From assembly GCA_964457415.1 (NCBI GenBank), contig CAYWFB010000001.1, forward strand, positions 215 to 64,214: DNA of 64,000 bases, given 5' to 3'. The translations under genes and the position numbers were made by a program. Of this stretch, positions 55,530 to 63,601 are shown piece after piece (within the stretch, counting starts at the first letter, position 1; each line of letters starts with the position of its first letter). Under the pieces are notes generated by a model. The model searched no databases, had not been told where the DNA came from, and saw only the letters and a program-made list of their open reading frames with translations. Source of the DNA: an uncultured Eubacteriales bacterium. GTDB taxonomy: Bacteria; Bacillota; Clostridia; Oscillospirales; Acutalibacteraceae.

Positions 55530-57010
55530 CTATATACTTCCTATTGGCACATCTATTCTATCTTGTGCTACACAAACTCCATTTTTCACAAGATAGCATT
55601 CTACAAAGTGCTCACCATAAAAATCTGTGTGTTCTTTGTGATGTGTGTTACCGAGCTTAATCTGCCCTCGAATACAGTCTCTTTCTTCTGCAACTACTCC
55701 CACATTTCTGACTTTCCAATAGATATCGTATGGGCACGGACAAGTTGTGCTTTCTATGAAAAAGTCTAGTGATTTATGCCTTCTTAAATATCCCCTGCTT
55801 TTAAGAAAATCAATTAAAAAGAAATCTCTCCAACCATTTTGTGATACTTTACAATTTATTCTTAATCTATATTGTTCTCTTACAGGAAACATATCTGTTA
55901 TAAACTGCTCCGTATTTCTAAAAGAAGGACGACAATAACTACTCTTTTCAACAACGGTGCTATCTTCGTTAGCAAATTCGTTTAATGTAATGCCATTATC
56001 ATCAACAGTAAATACAATTGGAGAAGGCTTGCTATCTTTCTTCCGTTTATGTTCCATCGTCACCAAAAACGATACATCTGATGCAGTGTATTTTTTATAT
56101 GCATGTTTAGCAATCATGTGTGGCGGAGAAGTATCTTCCGTTATCTCCTTACAAGAAGCAACCATATAGCCATTTTCTTGAGCTTGTTCTAATAACCACT
56201 GTACATTTTCAGTTGGTGTGATAATTCTAGTATCTTTTTCATCTTTTTCGTTTAACCCAGTATGGCTACAATGATGTGGTATATCATAAATATCCCATAC
56301 AAGTTTATCTTCATTTTTATTCTCTTTTGTTATGTCAACTATCTTATCTGAAACTGCATATTGAGTGTCACCCGTAATTAAAATGTTCGCTTCGTTATCT
56401 CCATAATACAAACGGACTTGCATCACAATTGATGGGTCGTTCTTGTCTTGCACTTCTTCGCTATCATCTGAAAAAGGAGCATGGACAAAAATCTCTATTT
56501 CATCTTCAGCTCCAGATATTGATAATGTATCTCCTGCATGGACAATCAAATGTTTAACATCATCATACTTTATTTCTTCTTTATCAATCCATTTTTTAAT
56601 TCTTCAGGTTCTCCAAATATTCTCACACCATAGCCCGACTTAAATCTATGTCTTGCTTCTTGTCTTATTATTTTCGCATCAGACCCATTCTCTAAGTTTG
56701 TATCTAATAAGAATGCAGCAGATATCCACAATTCTTCTATCTTCGCTCTTGAATCTGACTGATATTCTTTTGCATAATCCAAGTAAAAGAATTTGCTGGC
56801 ACCTTTTGTGTGGTCTTCATGTGCATGCGAAAACATAACAACCTGAAATTCTTGGATTTCTGATAAATCTTTTTTTATATCATAACGCTCATCATCTTCT
56901 GCGCCTTCATACACATCAGCAAAATCAAATAGTAAGCATTTCCCATTATCTAGTTCCAACAAACTTGTTTCTGCGTTACCAATTGGGAAAAATGTCAACT
57001 TATGTGCCAT
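55530..57010 (-). pseudogene. MBL-fold metallo-hydrolase fused to an AGS-C-like C-terminal domain, split by a 1-nt frameshift in an A6/T6 run (track ORFs 56570-57010 and 55530-56549)
   Basis: The N-terminal ORF has FFPIGNAETSLL and FSHAHEDHTKG. The C-terminal ORF continues the same fold (ILITGD, IPHHCSH). The two frames overlap around T6 at 56592-56597. One extra A gives ...EPEELKKWIDKEEIKYDDVKHLIVHAGD... Confidence 0.75.
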
Positions 57011-57025
57011 AATTTACTCCTCCTA

Positions 57026-57559
57026 TTAACTTTTTTCCATATAGTTTTTAATTCGTTTATTTATGTAATTTGTTTGCTTTTTATAACTAACTACAAAAAC
57101 TATCATTAACACTAAAAAAGCCACTACAACTAACCAATCATTACTAATTTTATTAATTAAAATATCATGTATTTTCCAATCATATAACTTTGCAATCAGT
57201 AATGAAAAACCAATAGAAATTGTTGTTCTGTACAAATTATTTGTTTCATTTAACACTTCAATAAATGGTTCGGCTTTTGATGCCGCAATGTAATCCTTGT
57301 AGTCACTTTTTTTAATAAACGGACCGATTGCCTTTATTTTTACTTTTGTTAAAAGAGGTTCTATAATTAGTGAACCTATTCTACTTATTATCATTCCAAC
57401 AAAATAATATATAAAAAGATTTTCTAACAAGCTGCCATTAGCAATTGTAAAACGAGTAGTTTTATCAAGAATATAGCAAAACGCTATTCCGGGCAACAAA
57501 TTATTGAATATGTTATATGATGAAATCTTTTCAGATACACTTTTAACAATATCTTCCAT
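57026..57559 (-). CDS. small integral membrane protein (about 4 TM segments)
   Basis: 177 aa. Hydrophobic segments IFNNLLPGIAFCYIL, LFIYYFVGMIISRIGSLII, TTISIGFSLLIAKLY and WLVVVAFLVLMIVFVVSY. Gaps of 15 and 18 nt to the flanking MBL genes. Confidence 0.6.
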   Translation of the reverse strand: MEDIVKSVSEKISSYNIFNNLLPGIAFCYILDKTTRFTIANGSLLENLFIYYFVGMIISRIGSLIIEPLLTKVKIKAIGPFIKKSDYKDYIAASKAEPFIEVLNETNNLYRTTISIGFSLLIAKLYDWKIHDILINKISNDWLVVVAFLVLMIVFVVSYKKQTNYINKRIKNYMEKS

Positions 57560-57577
57560 ACAAAAACCTCCGCGTTT

Positions 57578-58714
57578 TTAATAATTAACGACTAAGTGCA
57601 CTGCACTTCCACAATCTTCTGTCACAATAAATGGATAACGATTATTAAACATCAAATTTTTAATTACTTTAGAATGTGGATGACGATATTTATTACTCCT
57701 ACCTACAGAAATAACAAAAAATGAATTTAGTGTTGAAAAACAACTATTATAATTATGGCTAGAACCATGATGTGGAATTTGCAAACAACCTATTTGATTC
57801 CATTGTTTCAAATACATATCTTTTAAATCCTCAAACTGTTGTTTTTTTGAAGCATCATAATCACCCGTATATAAACAACCGGAAGGTTTAATACAATATT
57901 TACAATAATGTCTGCAAAAGTTATTAGGCTGTGCAACCTGATATCCACCGTGTTGGATTGGACCTGAAAAAAGTGTCATCGAGTTCGTGTTATGGTCTCC
58001 GTCAATTTCTTGATAAGCTTTTTTTATTTTTTTCTTATTATCATTATTTTCATTCCATAAATTTTGTAAATTTCTCAATCCTTCAAATTCAAATCCAAAA
58101 GCAATTTCTAATTTTTCTTTTAATAATTCTGTTCTTTCCTTGTTCTTAAAATTAAATGGAATATAACACCAATCCTTTAACAATCCTATTTTTGTTCTTT
58201 CAATAACGCCATTCACATTTTCTCCAGAATAAATAGGTTTAGCACGCAACTGATTGGAGACGTCATATCTAACTTCCTCTCCATAAGGAATAATTGGGAA
58301 TAACATCGGCCGCGACTCGCCCAAATCGATGCTGTCTAATGCATGCCTTGGATTATCAACAAACAAATTCACAAAAGAATCTTTTTTAACCCCATTTATA
58401 AGATTACTAACTAACACAATATTCTTTTCATCTTCATTCATCAAGGGAAAGAAAATATTTTTAACATTACAATATTTCAACAAATATTTTAATCCGTTGA
58501 TATGGTCGTTATGCAAATGAGAAATAAAAACAGCATGAATAATTTCATCCTTATCAAATATTGCTCTAATTTCTGCTTCCACCCATTTAACATCCGTAGA
58601 CGAACCACAATCGTAAACAATATTAACCTTTTTATTATTAGATAACAGACCATCAAATTGTTCGCAATAAAAGGCACCTTGTCCGACAGGCAAAAAACTT
58701 CTTATCATTCTCAT
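57578..58714 (-). CDS. ComEC/Rec2-type MBL-fold metallo-hydrolase (378 aa) with inserted Cys cluster
   Basis: FLPVGQGAFY, FISHLHNDHINGL, IPHHGSSHN, and the insert CRHYCKYCIKPSGC. Start at M7 of the track ORF (GAAGGTG RBS). Confidence 0.8.
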   Translation of the reverse strand: MRMIRSFLPVGQGAFYCEQFDGLLSNNKKVNIVYDCGSSTDVKWVEAEIRAIFDKDEIIHAVFISHLHNDHINGLKYLLKYCNVKNIFFPLMNEDEKNIVLVSNLINGVKKDSFVNLFVDNPRHALDSIDLGESRPMLFPIIPYGEEVRYDVSNQLRAKPIYSGENVNGVIERTKIGLLKDWCYIPFNFKNKERTELLKEKLEIAFGFEFEGLRNLQNLWNENNDNKKKIKKAYQEIDGDHNTNSMTLFSGPIQHGGYQVAQPNNFCRHYCKYCIKPSGCLYTGDYDASKKQQFEDLKDMYLKQWNQIGCLQIPHHGSSHNYNSCFSTLNSFFVISVGRSNKYRHPHSKVIKNLMFNNRYPFIVTEDCGSAVHLVVNY

Positions 58715-58928
58715 AGTACAACACCTTCTCATATTCTATAAATTTATAAAATCCTAATATAATATAAATCGAAATTAAGATTCCTTTTGTGACAAAATAT
58801 TACAAACTTTTTCATCATAAAGCAAACAAAACACTTTACCTTTACGTTCAAATTACATTTATAAACAAATTGGTGCTTACCATTGTTTATAGCGGTAGAA
58901 TTACTGCTATACCAAGTGGATATAAAAA

Positions 58929-58961
58929 TTAAAGGTGTTAGCCAATGGTTAACACCTTTAA
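58929..58961 (-). terminator. long hairpin downstream of the helicase gene
   Basis: ttaaaggtgtta gccaatgg(t) taacacctttaa, followed on the minus strand by tttttata. Confidence 0.6.
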
Positions 58962-59140
58962 TTCATTGATTCAATTATAAGTCTTGTGCTGAATTTGAAG
59001 TCTTGCAGAAAACTTTCCCTTTCCGCGATACTGATAAGGTCTTCATTACAGATAAACATTTTCAAGCATTTCTATATATTTGTACTACTTTCGCAGCACA
59101 AATGTATATCACACATTTTTGCATAAGTTTAGCTAATCTC

Positions 59141-61615
59141 TCAACTTTTAATATTTCTTATATACCTGCAACCATAGTTTCTGTAATTTGAACACCCAAA
59201 AAACTCACCGTATGGACCAGAACGTTTTACTAATCGACCACCACACAAAGGACATTCATATTGTTCTTTCTTCATACTATCACCATACCTCAACTGCAGT
59301 TCTTTTACAAAATCAGATTCCTGCTTATCAACAGTCACCAAAATTGCTTTTTCTTTAGCCCTCGTCATTGCTACATAAAACAATCGGCGTTCCTCAGCAA
59401 ATGGATACTGGTCACAGTTATCAAGAAGCAATTCAAGAATTGCCGCCTCCTGAACTTTACTCGGAAATCCCATTCGAGATTTTTTATTATTAATAATAAA
59501 CACGTAATCTGCCTGCAACCCCTTAGATTTATGTGCTGTAATAAAGTTCATTTTTAGGTCATGACGATTTTTATAAACAACATCAATCAAGCCACTAATG
59601 TTATTATATTTGCAATCAAACAAACCATTTTCACTAAGTAATTTACTATCAAAAGTGTACCGTCCAATAAAGAATACTGAACTCCCTTTGGGTAAATCAT
59701 CTAATCTTGAGGCCATAAACTCTATAGCAAATTTATCTGTATAACCAGTTACCTGACCTAATACAAAACTTTTTGAATCAATATTTCCTTTGATTGATTT
59801 TTTTATCTGAATGGGATTTTGCATTATAAAATTGCCACTTATTTCAATAAGTTGCTGACTGAAACGATATGTAGTTTCTATTTTGCTTAATTCCGTTGCA
59901 CCCCAATATTTTTCAAAGTTCAGTATATATCCTATATCACTACCTGCAAAACGATATATGCTCTGCCAGTCGTCTCCAACACAGAACAAATCAAAATCTT
60001 GTGAATCACGCAATGCTTTAAGTAATGAATACCTCGCCTTTGAAATATCCTGGTATTCATCGACAATTACACATTTATATGGACTGTAGTATTTCTTTTC
60101 ATTGACATATTGCGTTGCAAGATTAATCATATCATTAAAATCAATCTCGTTATTTTGTTTTAAATAATCACAATAAGCATTGAAAATAGGCTCAATTAAA
60201 TTAAGTATTGTAAAATTGCTTTGGGCGTTGCTATTACCAACATTTAATTGTCTAACAGTACTAATCGTATATCCATTACTTTTAATAAGATTTATCACTG
60301 TCTCAAATAATTCAATAATACCATCAAGAATCGAAGGCTCCGTTGCAAGTTGAGACCATAATTCCTGTGCAGATTTCGGGTTTAATTCAACACCATTTTC
60401 TTTGAGTTTTTTCTTAAGATTATCTAGCAAAGTCCCCTCAAACTTTTCATAAGCATAACACTCTATCATTGTCGTGTTATTTGCCTCATGTAATTCTCTC
60501 TTCCAATTCATTGACTCTTGATAAACCTGAGTTGCGGTCTTACCTTTTGAGCCGTTGAAATATGCTGGAACCTCACCATTTTTGTTTATACCAAAATATT
60601 CAATATAAATATTATACTTTGGAAGGTGAAAATCTGGTTGATATTGCGTATTCTCTTTTGTGCGAGTATCTATCCCATAAGGGCATTCATAAATATACTC
60701 CACTCCGTTTTGAGCAAGAAAATTTGCAATATCCATTTCACCATAACTTTTTACTATTTCATTACTTACGGTCGTAGGTGGATTCAGTTTTAAGTAATCT
60801 TCGTATTCTGCACGTGTCTGAAAGTCAAATTCGGATTTTGCAACTACTCGATTATAGAGCAAATATAAGCTCAAAAGTTGAAGATATGCATCTGACTCCA
60901 TTAAATCAGATATTTTTTCTTTTATGAACTTACGCAAATTAAGTTGAGTTATCTTAGGTGCAATACCATTAAATTCCGTAATAATATTCAGTCCCAATTT
61001 GTGAAATGTAGAAGCTGCAATTTCATATCCTGTTTCTTTATTTATTCTCTGACACATTTCACTTGCAGAAGCGTTTGTGAAAGATAAGACAAGAATATCT
61101 TCTGGCTTATATTGCTTTGTTTTCAATAAAAATTTAATTTTTCCAACAACAGTAGTTGTTTTACCAGTTCCTGCCCCGGCGATTACCAAATGGTTATGTG
61201 CATCTTTCAGGATGCATGTCATTTGTTGCTTATCCAACCTGTGTCCTTCAACATCACCTATGAGCGTATACGCATTTTGAATTTTTAATTCTGCAATTCG
61301 ATTATTGTGAGTTTGTATTCGATGTTTTAATTGTTTTAGTGCATCTTGAATGGCTATCCTTTGAGTTAAAAAAGAATTGAAATTATTTGCCTTTTTAATT
61401 GTTTTTATATTAAATAATGAAATTTCATTTAACAATTCCGAATATTGCAATTGCCATTCTTCAGCTTTAGAGGGTTCAATAAAGTCATCATTATTAAACA
61501 AGCTTGAAATTTCTTTTAAAGCAAAAGAAATCCGTGCGATATAACTATCACACAAATCATTTCGTTCTTTTATTTTTGCTTTGTGTCGTTCAATCAGTTT
61601 TTTAATAAAACCCAT
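59141..61615 (-). CDS. helicase IV/UvrD-family SF1 helicase with nuclease-like insert and C-terminal topoisomerase-type zinc ribbon
   Basis: EGHRLDKQQ...VIAGAGTGKTTT, VIVDEYQD, CVGDDWQSIYRFAGS, TAHKSKGLQADYV, FYVAMTRAKE. Insert SYGEMDIANFLAQNGVEYIYE...YQPDFHL..YNIYIEYFG. C-terminal CPLCGG..(16)..CSNY..YGC. Confidence 0.85.
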   Translation of the reverse strand: MGFIKKLIERHKAKIKERNDLCDSYIARISFALKEISSLFNNDDFIEPSKAEEWQLQYSELLNEISLFNIKTIKKANNFNSFLTQRIAIQDALKQLKHRIQTHNNRIAELKIQNAYTLIGDVEGHRLDKQQMTCILKDAHNHLVIAGAGTGKTTTVVGKIKFLLKTKQYKPEDILVLSFTNASASEMCQRINKETGYEIAASTFHKLGLNIITEFNGIAPKITQLNLRKFIKEKISDLMESDAYLQLLSLYLLYNRVVAKSEFDFQTRAEYEDYLKLNPPTTVSNEIVKSYGEMDIANFLAQNGVEYIYECPYGIDTRTKENTQYQPDFHLPKYNIYIEYFGINKNGEVPAYFNGSKGKTATQVYQESMNWKRELHEANNTTMIECYAYEKFEGTLLDNLKKKLKENGVELNPKSAQELWSQLATEPSILDGIIELFETVINLIKSNGYTISTVRQLNVGNSNAQSNFTILNLIEPIFNAYCDYLKQNNEIDFNDMINLATQYVNEKKYYSPYKCVIVDEYQDISKARYSLLKALRDSQDFDLFCVGDDWQSIYRFAGSDIGYILNFEKYWGATELSKIETTYRFSQQLIEISGNFIMQNPIQIKKSIKGNIDSKSFVLGQVTGYTDKFAIEFMASRLDDLPKGSSVFFIGRYTFDSKLLSENGLFDCKYNNISGLIDVVYKNRHDLKMNFITAHKSKGLQADYVFIINNKKSRMGFPSKVQEAAILELLLDNCDQYPFAEERRLFYVAMTRAKEKAILVTVDKQESDFVKELQLRYGDSMKKEQYECPLCGGRLVKRSGPYGEFFGCSNYRNYGCRYIRNIKS

Positions 61616-61637
61616 AAGTGCTCCAAAATCTAATTAA

Positions 61638-62051
61638 TTATATTAATATCCCATCACAATGGTCGATTTCGTGCTGAATTATTTGTGCTGTCCACCCGGT
61701 GAAAGTTTTGATTTGGATTTGGAATTCAGCTGTCTGCCACTGCACTTTTATGCTCTTGAAACGATTACACTTACGTGGGCTACCAAGTAATGAAAGGCAT
61801 CCCTCTTCTGTTTCATAAGGCTCTGATTTCTTAATGATTTCAGGATTGAACATAGTCATATATGTACCATCATTATCAAAACAGATAATGCGTTTATGAA
61901 CACCAATCATATTAGCAGCCATACCAACACAACCTTCAGCATTAGCAATAAGTGTGTCAAGCAAATCCTGTGCCACCTGCAAATCTTCAATTGTAGCCTT
62001 CTCCGATTTCATTGCCAACAAAATCGGGTCATGAATTACTTCTTTAATCAT
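61638..62051 (-). CDS. def: short (137-aa) peptide deformylase paralog
   Basis: Motifs CVGMAANMIG (variant of GxGxAAxQ with Met in place of Gln), EEGCLS and QHEIDH. 22-nt gap to the helicase gene. Confidence 0.8.
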   Translation of the reverse strand: MIKEVIHDPILLAMKSEKATIEDLQVAQDLLDTLIANAEGCVGMAANMIGVHKRIICFDNDGTYMTMFNPEIIKKSEPYETEEGCLSLLGSPRKCNRFKSIKVQWQTAEFQIQIKTFTGWTAQIIQHEIDHCDGILI

Positions 62052-62181
62052 TGTTACTCCTTGTTTATCTTATGCAACAGATTTTTGCATAAGAGTCTAT
62101 GACTATATTTTTATTATAATTAGGCACAAAAACGAACTTTTTGATATCTTTATGTTGTTGGCGCAATCAAAGTGTTGCAAT

Positions 62182-63090
62182 TTATTTTTTCTTAAAACTT
62201 TCCCTTTTTAATGTTCTTTCATCTATAATCCTACGCTTTACAGCTTCACAGATACTACTAAGGTCTGGCATTAAACGAAACGTATTGTATCCTAATGTGT
62301 CAAGATACTGTATAAGTTCATCACGCAAATCCTTATGAATTCTAATCACATGAGAGTTGTTTTGAAGGATGCGCAAATGCTCATCTTTATCTAATGTGTA
62401 AGGGAACATAAATAATCCTTGTTGCATAATAATTCTCTGATTTGATTGGTTCGGATCAATAAATAAAATTGCATGATTCTTGATTTTTTTCTCTTTGTCA
62501 TTAGAATTTTCAATTGTATCAGTAAACCCATCAAGAGACCATATACTCCTATGTAATTTATTATCTCCAAACAAGTCAGTTACACTATCAATACATTGAC
62601 TTGCTTTTTTTGACAGTGAATCTGTTTTCGTCCATTTCATGTTATGTATTTCATCATTCAAAGGAATAGACGAAACACATAAATTTTCTTTTAAAGAAGC
62701 ATATCTTACATAATAATATGTTTTATCATCTTTTTCTTTATATTTGGGTCCTTTAGGCATATATAATGCAAAAGAAAGGGCAATAAACGGATTTCGCGTG
62801 AAGTCGAGCAATCTCGTAGGCAAGCCAAAATGCTGAGCATATGACATGAAGTCTATGGGCGTATTTGCGCGAAAATAATTGCTACCATACTTTTCAAAAT
62901 CATGAAGCAACTCATTTTCAACATCTGCATAGTCTTTATCACGAATAACATTAGGAAACAACTCATCTTGCTTACCGTATCCTCTAAATACATAATCGCC
63001 ATTACGAGCTAAAGCATTTAGTCTATCTATTACACCTTCAATACCGTCTTGTGTCTCTATAGTATTCAAATCAATATTATCTACCTTCAT
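62182..63090 (-). CDS. FRG-domain protein
   Basis: YVFRGYGKQDELFPN...YAQHFGLPTRLLDFTRNPFIALSFAL is the FRG signature. Start at M12 of the track ORF (GGGGGGA RBS). Confidence 0.8.
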   Translation of the reverse strand: MKVDNIDLNTIETQDGIEGVIDRLNALARNGDYVFRGYGKQDELFPNVIRDKDYADVENELLHDFEKYGSNYFRANTPIDFMSYAQHFGLPTRLLDFTRNPFIALSFALYMPKGPKYKEKDDKTYYYVRYASLKENLCVSSIPLNDEIHNMKWTKTDSLSKKASQCIDSVTDLFGDNKLHRSIWSLDGFTDTIENSNDKEKKIKNHAILFIDPNQSNQRIIMQQGLFMFPYTLDKDEHLRILQNNSHVIRIHKDLRDELIQYLDTLGYNTFRLMPDLSSICEAVKRRIIDERTLKRESFKKK

Positions 63091-63198
63091 CTTTAATCCC
63101 CCCGTATTTTTGCATAAAAGCATATCAATCAGTTCCTACACTCCGCAAATCATTTTTACCAAATATCTTGTATCAAAGCAATAAATAAAACCTTTTTA

Positions 63199-63585
63199 TC
63201 ATTGTGCACCTTTAATAATCTTTTCAAGGATTTCTTTATCTGCTGGGCAAAAGTTGTATTTTGGGCTTTCTGCAGGAGTAATCCACTTAATATCGTTGTT
63301 TTCAAGCTTTTGCGGCGCACTTTCAGCAATTATTGCGTTGAACAATGTTAAGTGCACTGTGACGTCTGGATACTCATGAACCACGTCCATAAATACATCG
63401 GCAACAGAAAGCGTTATTGACAATTCTTCCTGACACTCGCGAACGAGTGCCTGTTCTTTTGTTTCACCAGGTTCGACCTTACCACCGACAAATTCCCAAA
63501 GTAAACCACGTGCTTTATGTACAGGTCGTTGACAAATCATAAACTTATCATTATCCCATATTAATGCTGCAACTACTTCCACCAT
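63199..63585 (-). CDS. NUDIX hydrolase (MutT/8-oxo-dGTPase-like)
   Basis: Nudix box GGKVEPGETKEQALVRECQEELSI. Confidence 0.85.
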   Translation of the reverse strand: MVEVVAALIWDNDKFMICQRPVHKARGLLWEFVGGKVEPGETKEQALVRECQEELSITLSVADVFMDVVHEYPDVTVHLTLFNAIIAESAPQKLENNDIKWITPAESPKYNFCPADKEILEKIIKGAQ

Positions 63586-63601
63586 ATATTCAACCTACTT
63601 T

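Noticed and set aside
57875-57916. CX3CX2C in the MBL protein as a radical SAM site
   Set aside because: It is embedded in an MBL fold with no TIM-barrel or SAM-binding motifs (no GGE-like element). A structural Zn or Fe-S knuckle is more plausible.
58733-59140. Retron-like msr/msd or other known ncRNA in the structured spacer
   Set aside because: No reverse transcriptase gene lies in the neighbourhood, and no recognisable conserved ncRNA motif is present. It is kept only as a low-interest observation.
46869-63130. Prophage interpretation of the island because of the MuF motif
   Set aside because: Only the last ~12 residues of a MuF domain are present. There are no capsid, tail, terminase or lysis genes.
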